The notes under the pieces are model-generated. The model had not been told where the DNA came from, did no database searches, and worked only from the letters and a program-made list of their open reading frames with translations. Below, piece by piece: positions 40,651 through 52,219 of a stretch of 64,000 bases of DNA. The position numbers were made by a program, and so were the translations under genes. The first letter of the stretch is position 1. The number at the start of each line of letters is the position of its first letter. The DNA comes from Octopus sinensis (taxonomy: Eukaryota), in the NCBI RefSeq assembly GCF_006345805.1, contig NC_043001.1, positions 90,706,001 to 90,770,000 on the forward strand, read 5' to 3'.

Positions 40651-42821
40651 TTGTGTGTTTGTGTGTCTGTGTTTGCCCCCCCCCCACATCGCTTGACAAC
40701 CAATGGTGGTGTGTTTACATCCCCGTAACTTAGTGGTTCGGCAAAAGAGACCGATAGAATAAGTACTAGGCTTACAAAGAATAAGTCCTGAGGTCGATTT
40801 GCTCAACTGAAGGCAGTGTTCCATCATGGCTGCAGTCAGAATGACTGAAACAAGTAAAAGAGTATATCTCAACACAACCCAAAGACAACCAAAAGTTTGT
40901 GAGTGAATTTGATCCACAGAAACACACAAGAGTATATAGGCATGTATACATGTACGTATACATGTGTCTGGGCGTGTGTGTGTGTGAGTCTTCTCAACTT
41001 CACATTGTGCACTAATTGTAAACAGATACACCATCATAGAGCCAGTGTCGTTTGATTGCAATCTTCCATGAAAACATATTTCAACAAGGGGAAAATATTG
41101 CTCTACCTCAAGAAAAAGTTGATGATTGGAAGAGGATCCAATTATAGAAAATCTACTAAATATTTGTGCAACCCAAGTAAACGAGGGAAAATGAGTATCT
41201 GGATGGATGCATAAATGCATATATGCGACATTCTACTTGAATGTGCAGTGACTCAAGTGCTGTGTTATGTCCGAAACTCGCTAATTAAAATTCATGTGGA
41301 GCGTGGGTATACGTACGTAGGTACGTAATTTGCCATACTTTAAATATTGTAAAATTATGTATATTCTGTTAACTTCAAGTGCTTGGACTAGAGTTCAGGG
41401 ACTCCGTATGTATATTTTACAGACAACCCCTACCGTAAAATATAATTTTCAAAATACTTTAAATGAAACAAAAATTGTTTTAGAGAAAAAGTTTATACAA
41501 TATGTTTCTAAAATAACGTTATTTGACAATGATGAATAGCACATCTTTTATAAAATAAATTTATAATTGTATTACAAGATATCTTATGTCACAGAATCCA
41601 AGACTTTTTCCTTTATCAGAACGTTAATTCCTTCGCGTGATGGAAAATATTGATTTCAATTTTTGGCACAAGGCCCTGCAATTTTAGAGAGCGGTTAGTT
41701 CATTACCGGTGTTAAACTAGTACTTATTTTAACGACGTCGAAAAGATGAAAGGCAAAGTCGACTTCGGCAGAATTTGAACTCAGAACGTAAAGAACCTGA
41801 AGAAATGCCACTAAATATTTTTGGCCGGCGTACAAACAAGACTTGACGCCTATATGACGAAAAGTGTTAACCTCGAAAAGGTTTTCAAGTTAAAGGTACA
41901 AGGGAGGTAATTGTCATTACAAGGGAGGTAACTTTGGTCTCCTTTAAAACTACTTCACAGATAATTTTTTATTTCATACGCCAAACAATGAAAGCAACTG
42001 AAGTAAATTACCGTATTTTAAAGTGTATAAGGAACCCTTTTTTGTTAAAAATTAGGTTTAAAAATTATAGGAGTTTCTTATACATAGATAGTATTATAAT
42101 CCCTTAAAAAAATATGTGTGTGTGTGTTCCGCTTGACAACCAATGTTGTTGTTTAGTCTCAAGTTAACCTTGAGCAGAGTCTAACCAAAAGCGTTTAGTC
42201 GTAATTACCTTTTAATTAATTTTTTTTTAATGCAATCGAAGTACTAGATCCCGTGTTTGATACACACACACACACTGCATGTCATTGTAGTCAGATATCA
42301 TTTTCTCTAGATTCGGATCAACCTCATAGTAAGAGTGAAATTGGGCTGACGAAAACTATATAGAAATCAAACAGGTGGATTGTACCTGTAATTCAAACAG
42401 TCTTGTCGCAAACTTACATGCTGATTCTACTTAAGAATTATATTAAAGGTTCATATATCTTTGAAATGCTCAGCCACTAACACAATAATTGAATTACAGG
42501 TATAATCCACCTATTTCATTTCTATATAGCCTCGGGTCGACCAAAGACTTGTGAATGGATTTGGTAGACGGAAACGGAAAGAAAATCGTTGTATGTGTAT
42601 GTGTGTCCCACCATCACTTGACAACCGGTGCTGGTATGTTTACGTCCCCGTAGAATAAGTACTGGGGTCGATACATTCGACTAAAAATTCTTCAAGGCAG
42701 TGCCCCATCATGACTGCAGTTTCATGACTGAAACAAATTAAAAATAAAGATATTTGTAACCTGCAAGCTTGAAAACGTATCTCCAGAAAATTTGGTTTAA
42801 AAATATGTATCTTTTTCAGAA

Positions 42822-43215
42822 GTAGAGGCGCAATGGCCCAGTGGTTAGGGCAGCGGACTCGCGGTCATAGGATCGCGGTTTCGATTCCCAGACCGGGCGT
42901 TGTGAGTGTTTATTGAGCGAAAACACCTAAAGCTCCACGAGGCTCCGGCAGGGGATAGTGGTGATCCCTGCTGTACTCTTTCACCACAACTTTCTCTCAC
43001 TCTTACTTCCTGTTTCTGTTGCACCTGTATTTCAAGGGGCCGGCCTTGTCACTCTCTGTGTCACGCTGAATATCCCCGAGAACTACGTTAAGGGTACACG
43101 TGTCTGTGGAGTGCTCAGCCACTTGCACGTTAATTTCACGAGCAGGCTGTTCCGTTGATTCGGATCAACCGGAACCCTCGTCGTCGTAACCGACGGAGTG
43201 CTTCCATTCCACTCC
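42822..43215 (+). mobile_element. SINE family C, tail type 3 (CpG-rich copy)
   Basis: 13-bp TSD atctttttcagaa at 42809-42821 and 43216-43228; intact tRNA-like head. Confidence 0.9.
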
Positions 43216-44006
43216 ATCTTTTTCAGAAAGTTATAAAGCAACAAAGTCGAAAAGAAAATACCAATTTTCACTATGCCGATATTTGCAAGCATAAGGCATG
43301 CTATAAGGAAAATAATCTTTTTCCTTCTTTTTCAGACATTACATCATTCATGGCTAAGATGTCATAGTAAACATGTAAAAATCTCTGAGTGAAAAAATAA
43401 TATTTTTAATGTAGCTTACTTCGAGAAAAACAGCCTTAAGAAATTAATTCAGATAGTGTAATGAAGATAGCAGTCATACACCCACGAGACAATCGCCAAA
43501 CTTTGGTGCCTGGGGGGGGGGTGCTTCAGAATATTCGGAAGCGGGCACCAATTTGTAATAACGCTGAAGTGGAGTAAATCTGATGGTGCACCATTGAATA
43601 AATGGTGAACGGGAGTGGCGTCCAGTGCATTGGTTTAGCGAGTAAGATGTCATATTTATCAATGCTAGTAGACGATATCACAGGCTATCGTATACGAAAC
43701 CTGTGATCACTGATGCAGTGTAATTCTACATGAAAGCTGAATAATTAGCGATCTATTTATTATTCCCGTTAAGGCGGTGAGCCGGCAGAATTGCTAGCGC
43801 GTTGGGCAATATGCCTAGAAGCATCTCTTCTGGCTCTTTAAGTTCTGTGCTCAAATGCCGCTGCGGTCAAATTTACCTTTCATCCTTTCAGCGTAGATAA
43901 AATAAAGTACCAATCACGTACTGAGTGATGTAATCGACTATCCCTCGCTTCCTCTTTAAATTACTATCCTTATTCCCATTTAAAAATTAAATTAAATAAA
44001 TTTCTG

Positions 44007-44415
44007 GGATCTCTTCGGTTTGAACGGCAGTTTTTTCTAGCGGTGTCATATGAAATTGTCACCCATAATTATGACCCTAGTATCGATCTATTGCATTTCA
44101 ATCTGTTTTAGGGTTAGGGTTAGGGGTGGGGGGAAGGATATCTTTTTTTCTTCACAAATGTAAATAAACCCAATCTGTTTCTTAAACGAGGGACATTTTC
44201 ATACGGCACAGAATGTTGATTATCTCAATGGACGTCAGTGATTGGTTGAAATTGCAGAAATTGAAGAAAAAAACAACCAATATCTTACAAACTATAGAAT
44301 TTTCTCAATAAAGCCAAGAGAAAAAGATGTTTTATAAACACATTCTACCAGTATACGAAGTTTTTTAGTTACCAAGAAATTATGTTAAAAACTGCCGTTC
44401 AAACCGAAAAGATCC
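44007..44415 (+). mobile_element. MITE with GGATC-starting TIRs and 8-bp TSD (Merlin-like)
   Basis: TIR ggatcttttcggtttgaacggcagtttt; TSD aatttctg on both sides; internal (TTAGGG)3. Superfamily inferred from the GG terminus plus 8-bp TSD. Confidence 0.8.
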
Positions 44416-45323
44416 AATTTCTGCTTTAAAAAAGGTAATTCCAGAGTTTTACTTGTCTGGCAGTTTTACTTGATCTGAGACTGTTCGTTGAAACTAAAGC
44501 TGCGTGGAAGACTCATTCTAGCTTTTCAAAAACTCACAAAAACTGTTAACTTGCTGTGGAACTGTGTCAGCAACCAAGTCGTAGACTGTGACGAAAATTT
44601 TGACACCAAGTCAGCGCCGTTAACAGCGGACGTCAAGGGACTAGAGGTTTGATTATGATTTATGTATGTTTCGATTTGCTGTCAATAAATAAATATTATA
44701 GGGCCTAACGCATTGATTTGGCTGGAGGCCTCTAATGCTGCTAAGACCTAGTAATAAAAGATTTAGTGAAGTTAAGTTTCTGTGCCTTCCCTTCTGTAAA
44801 AGATGATACGTTGCGGATTAAATTAAATTACCTCCCTTTATATATTTCCAGTAAATGCTTGAAATAGAAAAAGAGAAAATGCCGTAATCTATCGACAAAT
44901 TCTGTGAATCACACATTTCAGTCTGTGGTTTTTGAAACATTGCGGATACAAGACCGCTAACAAAGAAGTTTTTGACTTCGTTGATATCTCAACATACTAA
45001 ATTATAAGATAAGTTTCGGGGAGAGTGACTGGTTGTTCTAGCGCCTTGCCGAACGCTTTAATGTTTCTCAAAAGAAAATTTAGAGGAGGAAAACCAATTT
45101 CTTCTGGTGTCGTGTATAATTGAATGGAGTGTACCTGCTTCTATTTTAATTATTTTTTTACTAATAAACTTTTGCTTTTCGTTATTTATTTTCTTCCATC
45201 TTTCTCCGGTTTTTTTTTAATCAATTACTTCCCTTAGTTGCTAGGTTGTGGATAGTTATCTCCCTTAGACCGTACAACGAAACATTTTATTATAGGAAAT
45301 GACTCATTACGAATGCTTTACAT

Positions 45324-46079
45324 CAGCGGTTCTGAACCGGAATCCATATCGCCCTTGAAGGATCCATATAAGATTTTGTTTGCTCCACTCACAAAATAGT
45401 AAATTAGTGATTCACAATAGTATTTTAAGGAACCCCTGAAAAATTTGGGGATCTTTTCGGTTTGAACGGCAGTTTTTTAAAATAATTTCCACGTAACTAA
45501 ACACTTTTAAACTTTGTATACTGGTAGAACGTGTTTATAAAACATCTTTTTCTCTTGACTTTATTGAGAAAATTCTATAGTTTGTAAGATATTTGTTGTT
45601 TTTTTCTTCAATTTCTGCAATTTCAACCGATCAATGACGCCTGTTGAGGTGAAAACATTATGTGCCGTATGAAAATGTCCCTCGTTTAAGAAACAGATTG
45701 GGTTTATTTACATTTCTGTAGAAAAAAAAGATACCCTTCCCCCCACCCCTAACCCTAAAACAGATTGAAATGCAATAGATCGATACTAGGGTCATAATTA
45801 TGGGTGACAATTTCACATGACACCGCTAGAAAAAACTGCCGTTCAAACCGAAAAGATCCAAATTTTGCTTTATATGTATGTATTGTAACAAACAGCTCGG
45901 TTTCTTTCTCTAACATTTTACATAGTTGAAACTACACAATGTATGAAAAACAAAATAGGAATTTTGAACAAAGTATCTATAAAATTTAGTTTTTAACATC
46001 AAATGGCTATGGGGCCTACCAGAATAAAATAGTGATCAAAGGCGTCCGTAAATGAAAAAAAAATGGTTGAGGACCCCTG
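45324..46079. mobile_element. hAT-like MITE hosting the Merlin-like MITE
   Basis: Imperfect TIRs cagcggttctgaacc / ggttgaggacccctg; 8-bp flanks ctttacat / ctctacgt. Confidence 0.65.
45449..45859 (-). mobile_element. Second copy of the Merlin-like MITE, inverted relative to 44007-44415
   Basis: Same TIRs; TSD aaatttgg / aaattttg. Confidence 0.8.
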
Positions 46080-47067
46080 CTCTACGTTGTTATTTGCTAT
46101 TCTTACGATAGAAGTAGCATGGCACCTCCCTCTCTTTTTCTCTCTCTATTTCTCAAACACACGCACGCACACACACAAACCACATCCTACTGTCTCTTCC
46201 CCTAAGCATAGACTACTTTTAGAAATTCACGCGAGAAACAAGCTTTTTACCACACAGCCATGCATGCACCTCAAAGTTTTTGATATTTATACAGCATTTC
46301 TTTAAATACATTGAGAAATATTTGCAAGTTCAGTTTCTGTTGACAACACATGTAGCCCAGCTTGATCTATCATCATCATCATCGTTTAACGTCTGTTTTC
46401 CATGCTAGCATGGGTTGGACGGTTCGACTGGGGTCTGGGAAGCTAAGAGGCTGTGCCAAGCTCCAGTCTGATCTGGCAGTTTCTACAGCTGGATGCTCTT
46501 CCTAATGCCAACTACGCCGTGGGTGTAGTGGGTGCTTTTTACGTGCCACCGGCACAGGGGCCAGAGGAGGCTGGCAAACAGCCACAATCGGTTTGTGCTT
46601 TTTACGTGTCACCAGCAGGGACGCCAGTCAGGTGGTGCTGGCATCAACCACGTTCGGATGGTGCTTTTTACGTGCCACCAGCACAGGTATCTTAACTACA
46701 ATTTCCATTTGATTTTTATTTTGATGTTGGTGTTGACGTTGACGTACTTGACTCAATAGGTCTCCTCAAGAACAGTGGGTCACTCTACGATCCAAGGTTA
46801 GTACAGCAGGCCGTCCTGCGAAACACAAAAACCATAGCAACAATGACGATCAACACTCTTCACAACAGACTCAACAATTATGCAGCAATTAACTGATCTC
46901 CCTTTATTTAAATCTATTTATAGTTAAATAGATTATAGAGTCTTTGACAGGAATGATCTACACAAGCTAATAAAAGACACATCAATTATACAGTATTATT
47001 GATACTCAGAGCAGTTAACTCTGCCTCTTGTATCATACACTATTTATAGTTAAATAGATTATGTCAG

Positions 47068-47670
47068 GGGAGGGGGCTCCAAAAGGGGTCTCAGGGAGTA
47101 GTGTCCCTGCCTTCCTGAGTTAGTTTTCCACCATATTTCTTAAAAATCGTGGTAGAGGCCTTGACCTTGGGACCACTCATGTCTAGAAACTGAGGTTGGG
47201 GGTAAGCAAGGACATGCTCCCCATAGAAAATCCAGCTCTGACGAAGCCACATGATAGCAAAGGAGAATGGGTACCACCCAGCCCAAAGGTTGGGGTGGGC
47301 TAAGATTGGTTTGAAAAAGGGGGATGGCCAAGACAACGAGATGGTGTAATTTTCATTTTAGGCGGCGAGCTGGCAGAATCGTTAGCACACCAGGCGAAAT
47401 TCTTAGCGGTATTTTGTCTGCCACTATGTTCTGAGTTCAAATTCCGCCATGGTCAACTTAGCCTTTTGTCCTTTCGGGGTCGATTAAATAAATACCAGTT
47501 ATGTAATCGGCTTAATCCCTTTGTTTGTCTCCTCTATATTTAGCCTCTTGTGAGCAATAAAGAAATAAGACAGCGAGATGGTGTGAGGGCAGTTGCTATG
47601 GCATTGAGGTAGATCCGGCCACCCCCATTAACGGGGACAAAACCGAGATTTAAAACACTGGATGATGATG
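47068..47670 (+). mobile_element. Non-autonomous RTE-tailed retroposon with a nested SINE B
   Basis: 14-bp TSD atagattatgtcag (47054-47067, 47671-47684), (GAT)n tail; inner SINE has its own 18-bp TSD (47330-47347, 47567-47584). Confidence 0.8.
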
Positions 47671-49216
47671 ATAGATTATGTCAGTGAGAGTTAACTGTCT
47701 TTGACAAAGATGATACAGAAACTCTTCAGTAGTAGACAAACATTACAGTAACACCTGCTCACCTCACTTTATTCCTCCCCACCATTAAAACACCTTTCCT
47801 TTCCACTTCTTCCTCCCGTTCTATTTTCTGTCTTTTGTTTTCTTTCCCTTCTTTTATTTCTTCTTTTTTATTTCTCCTCTTTTTCCCTTTATATCGTTTC
47901 CTTTTTCTCCTTCACGCACATATATGTGCATGTGAATTCCATCATTTCTTCAGTCATAACTTACCTGAAGGCTTTGTATCCCCACAAGAGAAACCCAAAG
48001 TAGCAAAAGGCTGACTTAATCAAAATAAAAATATTAATCTCTGCTATATGATTGAGTACTCTTTCTTGCAGCAGTCGACACTAAATGCATGCTACGACTT
48101 ATTTATGACAGTAACCAGTAAAAGCATTAGAGAATATTATTTATTCTAAAGGCAGCGAGCTGGTAGAATCGTTAGCACACTGGGTGTTAGCAGTATTTTG
48201 TCTGCCGCTAATCGAATTAATCCCTTTGTCTGTCCTTGTTTGTCCACTCTATGTTTAGCCCCTTGTGGGTAGTAAAGAAATAGGTATTTCGTCTGCCATT
48301 ACGTTCTGAGTTCAAATTCCGCCGAGGTCGACTTTGCCTTTCATCCTTTCAGGGTCGATAAATTAAGTACCAGTTACGCACTGGGGTAATTGACTTAATG
48401 TCCTTGTTTGTCTCCTCTATGTTTAGTCCCTTGTGGGCATTAAAGAAATAAGAATGTTATTTATTCTAAATCTCTGCACTCTGAGTTTCAAATTCTACTA
48501 AGGTCAACTTTATCTTTCATCATTTTAGGGTCAATAACAAAAAATTATATATCTAGGACAGTGGACAGGCAGAACTGTAAGAATGTTGGACCAAATGCCT
48601 TGCAATATTTATTCGTTCTTTTAATTCTTTCATAGTTTATTTGAGTGGCAGGCTTAACTTGTTGCCAAGTTTAACATCAATTCTTTACACATGTGGTCAA
48701 AAATAACAGTACATTTCACAGATTTCTTACCAAACCTAGACCTACTCAAAAATGGATAAAACAATGGTTTCAATTATAACAGATGAAAATTGTTTAAGTT
48801 CTTATAAAGGTAAAACAAGGAGGCCCCTAAAGATCAGAAGAGAGGTGCATAAAAAACCTTTGGCTCCTGTGATACTAATTACTTGAGGCTACCTCTGGTT
48901 CAGTTATACGAATGTCATGTTTATAGTGACCTATATTAAAACCTACCATCAAAATTTTATGTTAATTTATATTCCAAACACTAGTTTAATAATGATAAAG
49001 TTATTTTCCAAATTCTTCATTAGTTTCAAAATTAATTGACACAAAATTAATGCAATTCATTAGAAATATGATAATGAAAGGCTAATGAGAGAAGAAAACC
49101 TAGTACTGATGATGTCCAGAGATGAAAGCAACTGAAACACAGACTTTCATTTCTAACAAAGGGATTAATATTCAGAAGAATTATAATCTCATTTTAGTAC
49201 TTCAATACTTAAAAGT

Positions 49217-49460
49217 ATTTCGTTTTTTGATTTGGTTTGCAAGATTCTTTATATGAGTTCGTGTGTTGAAGCATATTCTGTTGTGTCTGGGGAGAGTCAT
49301 TTTCTTTTTGTGCCTTATAATGTAACACACTCACCAGTAAAATTTCCACTTCTTTCTTACTTTTATTTTCCTAAAATTTTCGTTGCATCTTGCAACCTTT
49401 TCAATAGTCTTGACATTATAAGGCACAAAAAGAAAATGACTCTCCCCAGACACAACAGAA
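49217..49460 (-). mobile_element. Short element with 5' inversion, 13-bp TSD and a U3:A8 hammerhead-like motif (49371-49407)
   Basis: TSD aatacttaaaagt (49204-49216, 49461-49473); 49412-49460 is an inverted copy of about 49276-49322; related copy at 63570-63829. Confidence 0.7.
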
Positions 49461-49521
49461 AATACTTAAAAGTGTTATTCAACAAAATAATAATTCAAGA
49501 TTATTAACATAGAATACGTAC

Positions 49522-49684
49522 ATAAATTGCTTTGCATTCAAATTACTTCTCTGCTGAATTAACTTAATCTTTTCACGGTCCATCTCCATGAACATTTTAC
49601 GGGTCAGTACACGCTGCATCATCTGTTGTTTCATTCTCTTCCAATCCATATTGTTTTTCGATAGAGCTGTAGGTAGTTTAGCAC
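49522..49684 (-). CDS. CCDC15: CCDC15-like exon (GAKLPTALSKNNMDWKRMKQQMMQRVLTRKMFMEMDREKIKLIQQRSNLNAKQF)
   Basis: Acceptor ttgcag|GT (phase 1), probable donor AT|gtacgt (phase 2). RKMFMEMDREKIK matches the conserved CCDC15 motif RRLFMDIEREQVK. Confidence 0.8.
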
Positions 49685-50009
49685 CTGCAATATCATCGTA
49701 ACTATGATACCAACAGAGATGTAAGAACAACGGAGTAAATCAGATAAATGGTAAGTGGTTTCGTGGCTACAGTTCTAAACTGCATCTTTCTCAAAGTTAA
49801 TTTATTAGAGATGATAAAACAGCTACAAATGTGAGCATGAATACTGCTATTAAAGGAAATAATGATGAAGAACTCTAAAGCCTATTCCTGTTGTGAAAAG
49901 TATGTATAAGCACCTAATTACTGTCAATGTAGCATTACAAACATGAAATCTTACCCTGCTAGGCTGATACTTTATTGACTTAGTTATTTCCAATTCTCTG
50001 ATATTCGTT

Positions 50010-50478
50010 AGCCGCTCTGGCAATGATCACACTCGGATGGTGCTCCTAGCACCCTACTAGCATGGGGCACAAGTGCCTTACTGGCACTTATGCCCTGTGT
50101 TAGTAGGGTGCTAAGAGCACCATCCGAGCATGATCGTTGCCAGAGCAGCTATCTGGCCTCCATGCCAGTGGCACGTAAAAGACACCATTCGAGTGTGATC
50201 GTTACCAGCATCGCCTTACTGGCACCTGTGCCGGTGGCATGTGTAAAAAGATTTGAGCGAGGTCGTTGCCAGTACCGCCTGATTGGCCCCCGTGCCAGTG
50301 GCATGTAAAAGCACCCACTGCACTCTCGGAGTGGTTGGTGTTAGGAAGGGCATCCAGCTGTAGAAACTCTGCCAGATCTTGATTGGAGCCTGATGCAGCC
50401 ATCTGGTTCGCCAGCCCTCAGTCAAATCGTCCAACCCATGCTAGGATGGAAAGCTGACGTTAAACGATGATGATGATA
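50010..50478 (+). mobile_element. RTE 3' UTR fragment
   Basis: Repeated 'gccagtggcacgtaaaa(g)cacc' units and (GAT)n tail; similar minus-strand pieces at 46370-46820, 52287-52705 and 58495-58710. Confidence 0.8.
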
Positions 50479-50847
50479 AATGAGGCTGAAAAAGTATATA
50501 TATTTCTTCTTTCCCCACTTCATTTATGTTTAATTTTGAATTCTAATGGCTACTTTACTCTTTCACAATAACAATGGCTATATTACTTGTTGGCTGCTGC
50601 CAGCTCAACCATCCCCTCCATGGTTCTTGACAAACTAGGCCCAGTCACCAACCTATCATAAGTTCCTTTGGTAACTGACTGCCCCTCTTCCTCTTACATC
50701 ATGGAGACATGTATTATTCTCAGGGGCCAAGGAACAACCATGGTGAACTCCTCTATGACAAACTCTATCCTCATGCCTACATGAGAGAGATACGTGGCCT
50801 CTTCAATTGAAGGCTAAGAGGTTATGTGCTCTGAACAAACCCATTAA

Positions 50848-51058
50848 CCCTTTCATTACCAACCCGGCTGTGGCTCTGTAGTACGAATGTCTTGTTTTCA
50901 TAAGTTTTGAATTAAAATCTTCCATCAAACCTTAGTCACAATTTATGTTCCTAACACTAGCTTAATGATGGCTAAGTTATTTTACTAAATTCTTTGTTAT
51001 ATTTTAAATAATTGAAAGAAACACAGAGCAACTCAAAATAAATACGGTAACGAAAAGG
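50848..51058. mobile_element. piggyBac-like MITE
   Basis: TTAA|ccctttcattacc ... ggtaacgaaaagg|TTAA. Confidence 0.8.
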
Positions 51059-51442
51059 TTAATATATAAAACAGACCCTGCTTTAATCTCACAGAGACAT
51101 GAACTCTGCATGCCACACTATCAGTAACCTATCTAGGAGAATAGTAACACTGAATAAAAATTGATACAGAATAGGGAAATACTTCAGTTTTCTTTCTGAC
51201 AGACTCTCTAGTATTGCATCACAATAAAATACACCCAGTCAATGCCATAATGTAATTGATGATATAAAAAAAGCATCCATCTGAAATATTATGCTAAAAA
51301 GAGAAATAACTAACACAGATGTACCTTCCACGAGCCACAATGCAGCAACCTAACAAAGAAGGAAGTAACTAAATAAAAACTTATATAAAGGAGACTCTTT
51401 AGTCCCTCTTTCAGCTAACCTCTCTAGTTAAAATACACTTAA

Positions 51443-52219
51443 CCCTTTAGAATTTAAACCTGCCATATCTAGCCAATTTATTCTACCTGTTTTAGGTTCA
51501 AATTGGTCAGATCCAGCCTCTTACACCTGCCCTACATTCTAAAAATAAAGTCACATCATCAAAATCTCAAAGTTATGAGATAATGCCTGATTAATTCTTT
51601 TACTTTTTTACTTGTTTCAGTCATTTTGACTGTGGCCATGCTGGAGCACCGCCTTTAGTTGAGCAAATCGACCCCAGGACTTATTCTTTGTAAGTCTAGT
51701 ACTTATTCTATCGGTCTCTTTTGCCGAACCGCTAATTTACGGGGACGTATACACACCACCATCAGTTATCAAGCTATGTTGGGGGGACAAACACACACAC
51801 ACACATATATATATATATACATATATACGATGGGCTTCTTTCAGTTTCCATCTACCAAATCCACTCACAAGGCTTTAGTCGGCCCGAGGCTATAGTAGAA
51901 GACACTTGCCCAAAGTGCTACGTAGTGGGACTGAACCCGAACCATGTGGTTCATAAGCATGCTACTTACCACACATACACACGCATATACATATATACAA
52001 CGGGCTTCTTTCAGTTTCCAACTACCAAATCCACTCACAAGGTTTTAGTCGGCCCGAGGCTATAGTAGAAGACACTTGCCCAAGGTTCCACACAGTGGGA
52101 CTGAACCCTGAACCATGTGGGTTGTAAGCAAGCTACTTAGCACACAGCCACTCCTATGCCTCTAAACAAAGTAAATAGACAAGCACTGCATCTGACAGAA
52201 TAATCTGAATGCTAAAGGG
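51443..52219. mobile_element. piggyBac-like MITE interrupted by SINE A
   Basis: TTAA|ccctttagaatt ... aatgctaaaggg|TTAA; SINE A (with duplicated head) at 51596-52160. Confidence 0.8.

Noticed and set aside
40441-41220. 259-aa ORF ending in RT motifs
   Set aside because: Chance read-through of SINE sequence into an RTE fragment.
42822-42897. tRNA gene
   Set aside because: tRNA-like head of a SINE with TSD and tail; no proper acceptor stem or terminator.
44108-44126. (TTAGGG)3 telomere-like repeats (also near 3695, 45745 and 63930)
   Set aside because: Only 2-4 units and internal to TE copies; not telomeric arrays.
47965-48010. Possible small minus-strand exon with strong CAG|gtaagt donor
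   Set aside because: Weak acceptor, peptide unlike CCDC15, and exit phase incompatible with the next exon.
49101-49133. Hammerhead-like CTGATGA...GAAA
   Set aside because: No UH site or stem I pairing; could be chance or a very old remnant. Same for ctgatgaagg at about 13395.
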